Assembly (NCBI GenBank): GCA_965237955.1
Contig: OZ250169.1
Span: 5,568,001 to 5,632,000 of the forward strand
Source of the DNA: Candidatus Marinacidobacterales bacterium
GTDB lineage: Bacteria; Acidobacteriota; Vicinamibacteria; Marinacidobacterales; SMYC01
Reading direction: 5' to 3'
Length of the DNA: 64,000 bases
Below the pieces are notes generated by a model. It saw only the letters and a list, made by a program, of their open reading frames with translations. It made no database searches and was not told where the DNA came from. Below are positions 1 to 11,071 of the stretch, one piece after another. Within the stretch, counting starts at the first letter, position 1. Each line of letters begins with the position of its first letter. The position numbers and the translations under genes are program-made.

Positions 1-1
1 G

Positions 2-523
2 ATGATCGAGGCGCTGGGCGGCAAGGGCGGCAAGATCCTTGTCCTTGACTACAAGGTGGCCCAGTCCTGCCTGCAGCGCGTCAAGGGTTTCAAGGAAGTG
101 GTCGACGCCCACAACACCAAGAACCCGTCGGCCCGGATCGTGATCGTCGCCGAACTGCCCGGCGAAGCGTCGCGCGATCCCAGTTCCAAGGCGGCGGCCG
201 ACGTGCTGGAAAAGAACAAGGATCTGGTGGGTGTCTTCGCGATCAACGATCCGTCGGCGCTCGGTGCCGTGGCCGCGATCGAAGCGGCCGGTTTGCAGAA
301 GCAGGTCAAGGTCATCGGCTTCGACGGTCAACGGATCGGCAAGGAAGCGATCAAGGAAGGCAAGATCTACGCCGACCCGATTCAGTTCCCCGAAAAAATG
401 GGCCGGATGTCGGTGCAGAAGATGGTCGAGTTCTTCGAGGGCAAGCGACCGGAAAAGCAGATCCTGATTCCTACCGCCCTCTATCGCAAGGCCGATGCCG
501 AGAAAGACCCTGACCTGAAATGA
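2..523 (+). CDS. rbsB: Sugar ABC transporter substrate-binding protein, RbsB/LacI-type (5' partial)
   Basis: Motifs VFAINDPSALGA, VIGFDG, DPIQFP; stop overlaps the ATG of the ABC ATPase; true substrate not determinable. Confidence 0.85.
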   Translation: MIEALGGKGGKILVLDYKVAQSCLQRVKGFKEVVDAHNTKNPSARIVIVAELPGEASRDPSSKAAADVLEKNKDLVGVFAINDPSALGAVAAIEAAGLQKQVKVIGFDGQRIGKEAIKEGKIYADPIQFPEKMGRMSVQKMVEFFEGKRPEKQILIPTALYRKADAEKDPDLK

Positions 524-2025
524 TCGAGACGGCGCCAAAGTCCGACGCCCCGTTGCTGGAGATGGCGACCATCGTCAAGTCCTTCCCCGGTGTGCGTGCG
601 CTCAAGGGCGTGGACTTGTCGCTTCGAAAAGGCGAGGTTTTGGCGCTGATCGGCGAGAACGGTGCCGGCAAGAGCACGCTGATCAAGGTGCTCAGCGGCG
701 CCCATCCACCCGACAGCGGATCGATTCGGATCGCCGGTGAGTCGGTCGAGTTTGCCACGCCGCGCGCGTCGATGGAAGCGGGCGTCGGGATCATCTACCA
801 GGAGTTCAATCTGGTGCCGTTTCTTTCGGCCGCGGAGAACATCTTTCTCGGCCGGGAAGTGACGCGCGGGCCGGTGGTCGACAAGGCCGCCGAGCGGCGA
901 CAGGCCGCCGCCCTCTTTGAGCGCATCGGCATGCGCATCGATCCCGAGACGCCCTGCCACATGCTGTCGATCGCCGAACAACAGGTCGTCGAGATCGCAA
1001 AGGCCTTGGCGACCGATGTGCGCATCCTGGTGATGGACGAGCCGAGTGCGACCCTCACGCCGCAGGAAGTGGAGAAACTCTTCCAGATCATCCGCGGTCT
1101 GCAAGCCCAGGGCATCGGCATCGTGTACATCAGCCATCGTCTCGATGAAATTCTTGAAATTGCCGATCGGGTGATGGTGTTGCGCGACGGGGAACACGTG
1201 GAGACCCGGCCGATCGATCAGATCAATCGGCGTCAGATGATCGAGCTGATGGTCGGCCGGACGGTGGAAAACGAATTTCCCAAACACGACCACTCCATCG
1301 GTGCCGTGCGACTTCGCGTCGAGGGATTGTCCCGAGGAACCATGGTTCAGGATGTCAGCTTCACGGTCTCGGCCGGTGAGGTTCTCGGCATCACCGGGCT
1401 CGTGGGCGCCGGTCGGACAGAGACGGCACGGTTGCTGTTCGGCGCCGATCGGGCCGAGTCGGGCACCGTCACGCTCGACGGAAAACCGCTGCACCTCAGC
1501 AGTCCGCGCGCCGCGATCCGTGCGGGGATTTGTTTGTTGACCGAAGACCGAAAGGGTCAGGGGCTCGTCTTGACCCATTCCGTACGCGAAAACTTCGGCT
1601 TGCCGAATCTCGACCAGTTTGAGCGCGATGGTGTTTTGCAGCCGGCAAAGGAAAAGCAAGCGTTCGACGAGTTTGTCGAGTCGCTCCGGATCAAGATCTC
1701 CAGCGTCGAACAGGGTGCCGGGCAGCTCAGCGGCGGCAATCAGCAGAAGGTGGTGCTGGCGAAATGGCTGCAGCGGAACTGCGAAGTGATCGTGATCGAC
1801 GAGCCCACGCGGGGCATCGATGTCGGCGCCAAGTACGAAATCTATCTGTTGATCAATGAGCTCGCCGCCGCCGGCAAAGCGATCGTGATGATCAGCTCGG
1901 AGCTGCCGGAAGTGCTCGGCATTGCCGATCGTGTGCTGGTCATGCGGCAGGGACGGATCAGCGGCGAGATCGATGATCCGCAGAACGCGACGCAGGAACA
2001 GGTCATGGAACTGGCCGCCCATTGA
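520..2025 (+). CDS. rbsA: Sugar ABC transporter ATP-binding protein (two ABC domains, CUT2 family)
   Basis: GENGAGKSTL Walker A, LVMDEP, LSGGNQQKVV signature, IDEPTRGIDVGAK. Confidence 0.93.
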   Translation: MIETAPKSDAPLLEMATIVKSFPGVRALKGVDLSLRKGEVLALIGENGAGKSTLIKVLSGAHPPDSGSIRIAGESVEFATPRASMEAGVGIIYQEFNLVPFLSAAENIFLGREVTRGPVVDKAAERRQAAALFERIGMRIDPETPCHMLSIAEQQVVEIAKALATDVRILVMDEPSATLTPQEVEKLFQIIRGLQAQGIGIVYISHRLDEILEIADRVMVLRDGEHVETRPIDQINRRQMIELMVGRTVENEFPKHDHSIGAVRLRVEGLSRGTMVQDVSFTVSAGEVLGITGLVGAGRTETARLLFGADRAESGTVTLDGKPLHLSSPRAAIRAGICLLTEDRKGQGLVLTHSVRENFGLPNLDQFERDGVLQPAKEKQAFDEFVESLRIKISSVEQGAGQLSGGNQQKVVLAKWLQRNCEVIVIDEPTRGIDVGAKYEIYLLINELAAAGKAIVMISSELPEVLGIADRVLVMRQGRISGEIDDPQNATQEQVMELAAH

Positions 2026-2041
2026 GAATCGACCAATCGAC

Positions 2042-3403
2042 GTGACCGAGTCCAAACATAGAGCGATGTTTTCCCGATTCATGGTCGACTACGGCATGAT
2101 CGTGGTGCTCGGGATTCTGGTGGCCGTCTTCAGCGTGCTCACGATCGAGGATCAGCAGAACGTCGGCGCGGCGGCCGGCGCCGAATTGGCCGAAAAGATC
2201 AAGGATGCAGACGGTCCCCAGACCGTCGTCATCGTGGCGCCGGGTGATCTGGGGACGTTGCTCATCGAGGAACTGACCGAGCAACTCGAAGGCACGGAGC
2301 ACAAAGTGATCGGCAAGGTGCAGGGCACACCGGCCGACGCGGTGGATCAATTTCAGGCGCTGGAAGCGGCCGGTGAGAAAGCCACGATCGTTGCGTGCAC
2401 ACCGCAAACCGCCCGCTGGGCACCGGTGGAGAAGCGCGATCAGCACGCCGCCATCGCCGGCAGCACGCTGCTGACGCCCGATGAATACAAGTGGCCGACC
2501 GTTGTGACACGCGGCAACCTGCTCAACGTCGCTCAGCAGATTTCGATCATTGCCATCATCGCGATCGGCATGACGCTGGTCATCATCACCGCCGGCATCG
2601 ATCTGTCGGTCGGCAGCCTGATCGCTCTGGCGGCGGTGACGTCGATGATGCTGATCCGAGACGTCGCCGGTGCCGAAGACGCCACCATGACCGGCATGAT
2701 TCTCTCCGGCCTTGCGGGCGTCGGGGCGTGCGGTCTGATGGGACTGATCTCAGGTTTCTTCGTGGCCGCGTTTCGCTTGCCGGCGTTCATCGTGACGCTG
2801 GCGATGATGCTCATGGCGCGGGGCTTGGCGATGATGCTGACGCGCGCCGAATCGATCAACGAAGTGCCCGATGCGTTTGGCTGGCTCGGTGCCGGCCGCA
2901 CAATAGGCATTCCCAACTCCGTCATACTCATGTTTGTTCTGTACGGCGCGGCGCACTTCGTGATGTCGCGGACGAAGCTCGGTCGTCACATCTATGCCAT
3001 CGGCGGCAACGAAGAGGCGGCGAGGCTTTCGGGCGTACCCGTGCAGCGCGTGTTGCTGATCGTTTACACCGCCTGCGGTCTGTTTGCGGGTCTTGGCGGC
3101 GTGATCATGGCCTCGAAGCATCAGGGCGTGGAACCGAACGTCGGGGCGATGGCCGAGCTGACCGTGATCGCCGCGGTGGTCGTCGGCGGCACGAGCTTGA
3201 TGGGCGGCCAGGGCAAAATTTTAGGAACGCTGATCGGTGCGTTCATCATCGCCGTGATCAAGAACGGCATGAACCAGGTCAACGTTTCTTCGTTCGCTCA
3301 GGATTTTGTACTCGGGGCCGTGATTCTCGGTGCGGTTCTCACCGATCAGTGGCGGAAGGGTCAAGTGAACTGGCAGAACTTCCGGAGTCTGTTTGCGCGT
3401 TAA
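2042..3403 (+). CDS. rbsC: Sugar ABC transporter permease with a large extracytoplasmic insertion after TM1
   Basis: GIDLSVGS, LPAFIVTL, GGNEEAARLSG, IAAVVVGGTSLMGG; start GTG 2042 or ATG 2066. Confidence 0.88.
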   Translation: MTESKHRAMFSRFMVDYGMIVVLGILVAVFSVLTIEDQQNVGAAAGAELAEKIKDADGPQTVVIVAPGDLGTLLIEELTEQLEGTEHKVIGKVQGTPADAVDQFQALEAAGEKATIVACTPQTARWAPVEKRDQHAAIAGSTLLTPDEYKWPTVVTRGNLLNVAQQISIIAIIAIGMTLVIITAGIDLSVGSLIALAAVTSMMLIRDVAGAEDATMTGMILSGLAGVGACGLMGLISGFFVAAFRLPAFIVTLAMMLMARGLAMMLTRAESINEVPDAFGWLGAGRTIGIPNSVILMFVLYGAAHFVMSRTKLGRHIYAIGGNEEAARLSGVPVQRVLLIVYTACGLFAGLGGVIMASKHQGVEPNVGAMAELTVIAAVVVGGTSLMGGQGKILGTLIGAFIIAVIKNGMNQVNVSSFAQDFVLGAVILGAVLTDQWRKGQVNWQNFRSLFAR

Positions 3404-3422
3404 CGTTGGAAGGAAACGATTC

Positions 3423-4274
3423 ATGTCTGAACCATACAGCTGCGAAAAACAATACATCGGCAACTTCGGCTATCCGGTCTGGGAGAACCCGACCGAGCAC
3501 ATGGTCAACGCCGCGTTTGATCACCACGGCCTCAGTTGGAAGTACGTGACGTATGAAGTTCCCGCCGGCAATCTCAAGGCCGCCTTTGAAGGCGTCAAGG
3601 CGCTGGGCTACCGCGGCTTCAACTGCACGCTGCCGCACAAGGTGGCGATCATCGAACACCTCGACGGTCTCGGCGAGTCCGCCGAGCTGATGGGCGCGGT
3701 CAATTGCGTGGTGAATCGAGACGGCAAGTACATCGGCGAGAACACCGACGGCAAGGGCTTTCTCGAGTCGCTCACACCGGTGGTGGACCCGGCCGGCAAG
3801 AAAGTGTCGATCTTCGGCGCCGGCGGCGCGGCGCGGGCGGTGTCGGTGGAGCTGGCGCTGTCGGGTGCGACGTCGATCACGATCGTCAATCGTTCAGTGG
3901 ATCGCGGCAAGGAACTGGCCGGACTGATCAACGGCAAAACGCAGACGCCGGCAACGTACGAGCCGTGGGAAGGCGATTACGCGATTCCCGGCGACGTCGA
4001 CATCGTCGTCAACTCGACGTCGATCGGCCTGTTTCCGGACACCTCGCGCGTCGCCGTCGATGTTTCGACGTTGCGGGCGGACCTGGTGGTGGCCGACATC
4101 ATTCCCAATCCGCCGACGACGGCCTTCTTGACCGAGGCCGAGGCGGCCGGATGCACCACGATCGACGGCATGGGGATGCTGGTGAACCAGGGGAAGATCG
4201 GGATCAAGTATTGGACCGGCGTGGAGCCGGATACGTCGGCGATGCGAGCCGCTTTGGAAGAAATCTTCGATTAA
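3423..4274 (+). CDS. aroE: Shikimate dehydrogenase (AroE/YdiB family)
   Basis: GFNCTLPHK, GAVNCV, GENTDGKGF, GAGGAARA, DGMGMLVNQG. Confidence 0.92.
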   Translation: MSEPYSCEKQYIGNFGYPVWENPTEHMVNAAFDHHGLSWKYVTYEVPAGNLKAAFEGVKALGYRGFNCTLPHKVAIIEHLDGLGESAELMGAVNCVVNRDGKYIGENTDGKGFLESLTPVVDPAGKKVSIFGAGGAARAVSVELALSGATSITIVNRSVDRGKELAGLINGKTQTPATYEPWEGDYAIPGDVDIVVNSTSIGLFPDTSRVAVDVSTLRADLVVADIIPNPPTTAFLTEAEAAGCTTIDGMGMLVNQGKIGIKYWTGVEPDTSAMRAALEEIFD

Positions 4275-4396
4275 CAAGTGCCCGCGTGGCGGGATCAACA
4301 CTGGGAGGGACGAACCATGAAACGCCGGATATTCTTTTGGCCTTCGACAATCCCTTGGTTGCCCGCGGTCCGCCTTCGACGTAACATTGCTTGGTC

Positions 4397-6972
4397 GTGT
4401 TGCTCCAATCGGGTCACAAACTCGCCCATTACGAGATCCTCGAGCCCATCGGGAAAGGCGGGATGGGAGAGGTTTATCTGGCGCGGGATGGGAAGCTCGG
4501 TCGGGATGTGGCGATCAAGGTCCTTCCGGATGAATTTGCCCAAGATGAAGAGCGACTCAGACGATTCCAGCGAGAGGCGAAAGTCCTCGCCTCGCTGAAC
4601 CACTCCAACATCGCCTCGATTTACGGTCTGGAGCAATCCGACAGCACGCACTACCTCGTTCTCGAGCTCGTTCCTGGAGAGACTCTGGCGGAGCGGATTG
4701 CACGAGGACCGATTCCACTAGACGAGGCTGTCGAAATCGCCACCAAGATCGCCGCGGCACTAGAGGAAGCTCACGAGCAAGGGATCGTCCATCGGGACCT
4801 GAAACCGGCCAACATCAAGCAGACCGAGGACGGCAAGATCAAGGTTCTGGACTTCGGTTTGGCGAAAGTCTTCCAGGAGGAAACACCTGACGCCGACAGC
4901 TCGATGTCACCCACGCTCACACGAGATGCTACTCGGGACGGTGTCATTCTTGGCACCGCTGCGTACATGAGCCCGGAGCAAGCCAAAGGCAGGCGGGTCG
5001 ATAAGAGGGCGGATGTTTGGGCGTTCGGTGTCGTGCTGTATGAGATGTCGTACGTGTTGAGGAAGGAGCCGGCTTGGGAGGCGTTGCCTGCCGAGACACC
5101 TGCCGAGCTTCGCCAGGCACTGCGCGTCTGTCTTACGAAGGATCCCAAGCGCCGAGTTCGCGACATTGCCGATGTGCGACTCGCCATCGACGGAGCGTTC
5201 GAGACGAGAGCAGACGTTTGTTTCCCAGTCGGCCGATTGGCGTCGTCATGGCGGCCGCTGCCGGATTGTTGCTCAGCGTCATCACCGGCGTCGCGGTGTG
5301 GAATCTGAAGCCTGAAGCGCCACGACGCGTCGTACGGTTTTCGCTTCCGTTGCCCCCGGGCGATTTACTGACAGGTACGGGTCGTCACGTCGTGGCTCTC
5401 TCTTCGGACGGTACCCGCCTCGTTTATAGTGCGAACGGGCAGCTTTACCTCCGTGCGATGGACCAAATCGAGGCGACTCCCGTCCGAGGCACGGAAGGCG
5501 GTGCTCGAAGTCCCTTCTTCTCTCCCGACGGTGAGTGGGTAGGCTTTTATGTAGACGGCCAACTCAAGAAGGTCGCCATCCGTGGCGGTGCACCCGTGAG
5601 TCTATGTGACGCAATAAATCCGTGGGGTGCTCGGTGGGGAGCCGATGACACCATTGTTTTCGGGCAACGTGGGGCTGGCATCATGCAGGTGTCCGCCGAT
5701 GGAGGCACGCCCGAGGTTCTCATCTCGATGGAGAAAAGGGACGAGGTCGGCCATGGCCCGCAGGTCTTGCCGGGCGAAAAAGCCGTGCTCTTTACCCTCG
5801 GGGACGGTACGAACTGGGATGACGCGCAGATCGTGGTGCATTCTCTCGAGACCGGTGAGAGAAAGGTTCTGATCGAAGGCGGCAGAGACGCCCGCTACGT
5901 GCCCACGGGGCACCTGGTCTACGTCTTGGATGGAACGCTTTTGGCCGTGCCGTTTGATGTGGACAAGCTCGAGGTGACGGGCGGTCCCATACCCATGGCC
6001 GAGGGCGTCATGACCGCTGGTGTGCGTACGGGAGCCGCGCACTTCAGCGTTTCGGACACGGGTGGCTTGGTCTATGTCTCGGGAAGCGGTCTAGAGAGCC
6101 ACACGCTCGTCTGGGTGGATCGGGACGGAAGAGAAGAGGCACTGGCAGCCGAGCCGCGTGCCTATAGGTATCCGCGTATCTCTCCCGATGGGAGCCGCGT
6201 CGCCGTCGATATGCGCGACCAGGAGAGCGACATCTGGATTTGGGACTTCGCCCGGGAGACACTGACCCGGCTCACGTTCGCTCCCGGCGGGGACCTCCTC
6301 CCGGTTTGGACGCCGGACGGGAGGCAGGTGGCGTTCGCCTCTAACCGTGACGGGACATTTGACCTTTACTGGAAAGCGGCCGACGGCACCGGTGCGGTCG
6401 AGCGACTGACCGAAAGCGAGAACAATCAATTTCCATACGCCTTCACCCCGGACGGGAAGCAGTTGGTGTTTCTCGAAGTAGGGCAAAACCGCGACCTCGG
6501 AGTGCTTTCCCTCGAGGGCTCTTCGGAGCCGCTTCTGGCGACCGAGTTCGCGGAACGAAACGCGGAGATCTCTCCAGACGGCCGGTGGCTGGCCTACGAG
6601 TCGAACGCCTCGGGCCAGAACGAAATCTATGTGCGGCCGTTCCCGAACGTCGAGGATGGGCAGTGGCTGATCTCGAGCGGCGGTGGTACGCGGCCTTTGT
6701 GGGCTCCGGACGGCCGCGAGTTGTTCTATCTGGCTCCCGGCGCAAGACTGATGGCGGTCGATGTTCAGACCGAGCCTAGCTTCGCTCCCGGTAACGCCGA
6801 GGAGGTCTTCGCGGGGTACTACGCGCCGGCGGGCGGACGCCCCTACGACATCTCCCCCGATGGCGAGCGCTTCCTGATGATCAAGGAAAGTGCGGGCGTC
6901 GACTCGACGGAATTCATCACCGTCATCAACTGGTTCGAAGAACTCGAGCGGCTCGTCCCCACGGACAACTGA
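4397..6972 (+). pseudogene. Hanks-type Ser/Thr kinase with TM and PD40/TolB-like beta-propeller, disrupted
   Basis: GKGGMGEVY, HRDLKPAN, DFGLAK, YMSPEQ, DVWAFG in 4391-5308; SPDG repeats in 5074-6972; apparent in-frame deletion after YEM (~5047) and frameshift near 5210-5230. Confidence 0.8.
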
Positions 6973-7034
6973 TGTCCCTCCAACCCGGCACCCGACTCGG
7001 TAACTACGAAGTCCTCTCCGACCTGGGCTCCGGC
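6972..7034 (+). pseudogene. N-terminal stub of a second Ser/Thr kinase
   Basis: ATG overlapping the upstream TGA reads MSLQPGTRLGNYEVLSDLGSG, the typical start of this kinase family, then similarity stops. Confidence 0.65.
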
Positions 7035-7336
7035 AACAGCTACTCCCCTTACCTACATCTACCGCGCCAGCCCTCGACCCTACCAGCTCCTGTGATACCT
7101 TGAGGTCGGAGATGTCGAACATGAATCCTCGAAGAATGATGGCTTCGCCTCTCACGGAATCCAGCCGTTGACGACATCACGGCTCCAGGCGGTTTCGCCA
7201 TCAGCTAAAGTTTTTTGGTCCTCCTGCCCTTTCTGTGGATCCCGATTAGGGGCGCAGGCCATCGCGCCTCCAGCAGACCACGGTGCTCACCGGCGTCAAA
7301 GCTGCCCTCGCTTCGCTCGACCGCTGCGCCGGCCTT

Positions 7337-7368
7337 GACTCCTTATTCTGACGTCAGAATAAGGAGTC
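7337..7368. repeat. Perfect 32-bp palindrome
   Basis: GACTCCTTATTCTGAC|GTCAGAATAAGGAGTC is its own reverse complement. Confidence 0.9.
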
Positions 7369-8726
7369 TTATTCTCCCCTTGCGATTATGCAGACCTTGT
7401 ACGTAGAGAGCGCCGCTCGGTATGTGCACAACCTGCCATGGAGACGAGGTCGCGATTTAGCCCGAGCTGCAAAGAGCTCATCGCCGAGTCCCACCCGGAC
7501 GACGAGGCGACCGGTTTCGAAGTCGGCGACCTCCGAGGCTGGATGTGGGCCGAAGTGCCTCGCGAGCAATAACCTCTCCCCGCTTGGGCCGCTTGGGCCG
7601 CTTGGGGAAGACTCCTGGGAACGACTCTCTCTCTGTCTGTCTAGACGGAGTTGAAGTGTCGGTCGCGGTTCACGCACGCGGTCCGCTGAGCGACGGTAGC
7701 GGTCCATCTTGTCTTTGCCGAAGTCCAGCTCAGCCATGTAACCGTTATGCGTTTTGCAAGCGAGCCGAATATTTTCAGCGCTTCGATCGCCGCCGACGCC
7801 ATAGGGCTCGTCGTGGTGGAACTCCACTCCCTCGCGCGCCGGGCAGCGCCTGCCGTCTTTGGTCTCATACGTGCATTGACCGCCGTCACGCTCCCATACG
7901 AAGCGTCTCACCGGGGCGGAGATGCCGCGCACACCGGGCGACGTGTCGGCTTCTTCGAGACTCTTTCTCGTGTTTTTCGTCTTACCGAAACGCTTGGCTT
8001 CCAGCCGTTCGAGTTTCTCGCTCACGGCAGCTTCCATAACCGAAGCGAGGTCTACGCCAGGCATGAGCGCGGAGAGCCGCTCGATTTTGTCACGAAACTC
8101 GGCGCTCGCCGTGAACTGAACTTTATAACGCGCGGGGGCCAGCGGCTCGACGACCGCCAGCTTCTCAGGTGCTTTCGGAGCAGGAGCTGGCGGAGGGGCC
8201 TGACAATTCTCTCCGACGCTGTCTGGACCGGCTCCGTCTGAACGAGGCTCGGTCGGCGTTTGTGGCACGAACTTCGCTTGCCGCGACACCAACTTGCGAA
8301 CCACCGACGGGACATCCGGCTTCGGCGCAATCTCGGCCACCAGTTCTTTGATCGCGTCCTTGGTCTTGTGAATGGCTCGAGTAAAAGCTCATCGCAATTG
8401 GCTTTGGTTAGATGCGGTGCCAGCACGCAGATGCCACTCAAGTGGAGTCGTCCATCCTCGACCATCGTCAGGAGCACGGGATATTCGCGCGACGCTCGTG
8501 CGGCCGCAATCCGCAGATACGCCTCCGCCTTCGACAAGTGCAACTCATCGATACAATATTGGAACATCGAAGGCGAGGCTTCACGAGCAAAGAGTCTGCG
8601 CGCATCGACTTCGGCGATGTGCGCGACGAGAACAGACTCGACGCGCCGCGACTGAGCCAACACATCCGACAGTCGACGGAGTAGCTCGTCATCCGATAGC
8701 GATTTCAATTCTTGCGTTTTCTTCAT
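7369..8726 (-). CDS. DUF222-like/HNH endonuclease protein, split by a 1-nt frameshift at ~8382
   Basis: N-term LSDDELL...HIAEVDARRL...SMFQYC...AYLRIAAAR; C-term VWERDGGQCTY...C...EFHH...GG...ENIRLACKTHN; adding one G restores ELLARAIHKTK. Confidence 0.75.
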
Positions 8727-8904
8727 GTGCTTCTTATAACATGGACTTTTTAGACGCTCTGAGTTGGCGCCTGTCGGGTGTAAACACGTCGAGAGACTTC
8801 CGAAGTCATTTCGAGCGAAACGATGCGCTTGTCGTTTCTTCAGCGCGTGCACAGTGGCATTACAGATCGTGTCTGCGATTTTTGTCGAGTCGCTTCGAAA
8901 AAGC

Positions 8905-10292
8905 TGTCAAGCACAAAGTGGGTCCGGACCGGGTACATTGGTGACAAAACGGACCGGCGACATGGGTGACAATCCCTTTACCAGGGAGGTGGCCGATGCC
9001 GTGGGACGAGACGAATTGCATGAATGAACGAGTGAGATTCATCGCTACGCGCCTTGAAGCTGGGGAGCCGTTCAGTGCCCTGTGCGAACGGTTTGGGGTG
9101 AGCCGAAAGACTGGCTACAAGTGGGTCGAACGTTACGAGTTGGATGGGGTCGCAGGTCTGGAAGAGCGTTCTCGCGCCCCTTTGTCGCATCCTCACGCTG
9201 TCGCGGACGACGTGGTGGAAAAGATTCTGAGAGCCCGGAAGAAACACCCGCGTTGGGGACCGCGCAAGTTGCGTGTCATCCTGCAACGGCACTATCCGCA
9301 GCTCGCGCTGCCGGCGACGAGCACGATCGGAGAGGTTCTGCGTAAGAATGGGCTCATCCAGAAGCGGCGGCGGATACGCCGAAGCTCTCCGTATGGCGAT
9401 CGTCTGGGCGACTACGGGAGCCCCAATGCGGTGTGGTGTGCCGACTTCAAGGGACATTTTCCGGTTGCAGGGGAGCGTTGTCACCCCTTGACCGTGAGCG
9501 ACGGATGCAGTCGCTATTTATTTGCCTGTCAGGGTCTTCACCGGCCATTGTTCAAGCCGACACGGAAGATATTCGAATCGGTATTTTGAGCATACGGTCT
9601 GCCGGACGCGATTCGAACCGACAACGGAGCGCCGTTCTCGACTCTTGCGCCAGGAGGACTGTCCAGACTTGCTGTTTGGTGGATTCGTCTCGGAATCCGT
9701 CCTGAGCGGATTCAGCCCGGCCGACCCGATCAAAACGGAAGACATGAACGGATGCACAGCACCTTGAAGTCAGAGACGGCTAAACCGCCCCGAGCGAGCT
9801 TTCGAGCACAGCAACGGGCATTCGATCGGTTCCGGGAGGAATACAACGAAATCCGCCCGCATGAGGCACTTGGTCAGGAGGTTCCTGCATCTCGCTATCA
9901 GCCCTCGAACCGCCCCTACCCTCGTCAGCTCCCGCAAATCGAATACCCGGAGCACTTCTACGTCGCTCAAACCTATCCCAACGGAATGATCTCTTTTGAG
10001 TCCAAGCAGTGGTACATAAGCAGCTGTCTAAAGTCAGAGCGCGTCGGTCTCGAGCAAGTCGATGACGACCGGTGGAAGGTTCACTTCGGTCCCGTCCCTC
10101 TCGGGATTCTCGATGTTCGAAACGCCAGGGACCGTGGATATCGCGCCTTTGGGCTTCTAGTTTCTCCCGAACGACGAAGCAAGAGGCCATACAAAAGACG
10201 AGGCCCGAAATGATCTCGAAGAGAATCCACGACACCGCAAACTGTTACCTATGTGCCCGGTCTGTTTCGTTACCGATGTAGGCGGTTGCACA
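8905..10292 (+). mobile_element. IS481-family insertion sequence
   Basis: TGT...ACA ends; subterminal repeats ACCGGGTACATTGGTGACAAAACGGACCGGCGACATGGGTGACA on the left match the reverse complement of ~10243-10286; no TSD seen; left end less certain. Confidence 0.75.
8996..10213 (+). pseudogene. IS481-family transposase with in-frame TGA at 9587-9589
   Basis: MPWDET...GVSRKTGYKW, WGPRKL, WCADFKG; same frame continues past the TGA as AYGLPDAIRTDNGAPF...QNGRHERMH...RPHEALG. Confidence 0.88.
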
Positions 10293-10299
10293 GTGCTCT

Positions 10300-10932
10300 T
10301 TTTTCGCCTCTCCCGCCATTGTCTCGAGGGTGAGACCGCCGCAGTTTAGGTAGACGAGACTGATGAGAGCTGAGAGCTTCGACAGAGTGGAGCCCGAAGC
10401 TCGAGTGGCTCAGCAACCGGATCTTATTGTTCATTCCTTCGAGTCGGCCGTTGCTGAGTCTCCACGTGACCGACGCAACGACGCCATCGAAGTGTCTGCG
10501 GAGCATCTTCGCGACGCGTTTAATGGGCTCTATTTTCGACTTCATAGCTCGCCGCAGCCGTCCTCCGAGAAACTTCGTTGCCCAGGTCTCGGTTTTGTAG
10601 GTGTAAAGATCCATGAAGTCGTCGCGCAGCAGCATGGCGCGGTAGGGGGGCGATTGGCTCGCACCTGCTCGCGAAGACGCGCCTGTCTTTCGCAGTGCGG
10701 TTGTGCCTCGCCTTGATGCTCACCCCTTCGAGCTCCGCCGCTTCTTGTGGTCCGAGCTTGCGGAAAAACCGCAGCACGTTTTGGCGTTGCGCTCCTTTCC
10801 CGCCCAGACGACCCGGCCCCTGAGATGGTCCACCAACAATCTGGCTTTGTCCGCTGGAAGTGAAAACCCCAAACCCCAGCCCTTGCAAACCGATGAGCCG
10901 ATGAGCTTGTCGAGCAACGTAGTAACGCGCAT
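10300..10932 (-). pseudogene. ISL3-family transposase remnant (internally deleted, frameshifted)
   Basis: MRVTTLLDKLIG N-term; AMKSKIEPIKRVAKMLRRH...SNGRLEGMNNKIRLLSH.SFGLHS; removing a 7-bp duplication restores ALISLVYLNCGG. Confidence 0.8.
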
Positions 10933-11071
10933 CGCGGAACGCTCCTTTCTTTTCGGTTACAAGAAGGATCTTAGCGTTTCGCCGATGCGCATCTTCCACT
11001 TTGGTACTCTGTCGACCCGCTCCAGGCCCTTACCCAATGTCACCGCGCCTCGCTACCCAGCCCGAGTCAAA

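Noticed and set aside
481-2082. Long antisense or alternative-frame ORFs (also 16335-17807, 58493-60013, 6091-7155)
   Set aside because: Shadows of real GC-rich genes, with no recognisable motifs.
9587-9589. Selenocysteine or readthrough TGA in the IS481 transposase, given a SelA-like gene nearby
   Set aside because: A CGA>TGA nonsense change is simpler; the SelA-like protein has a Tat signal and no selB/selC context.
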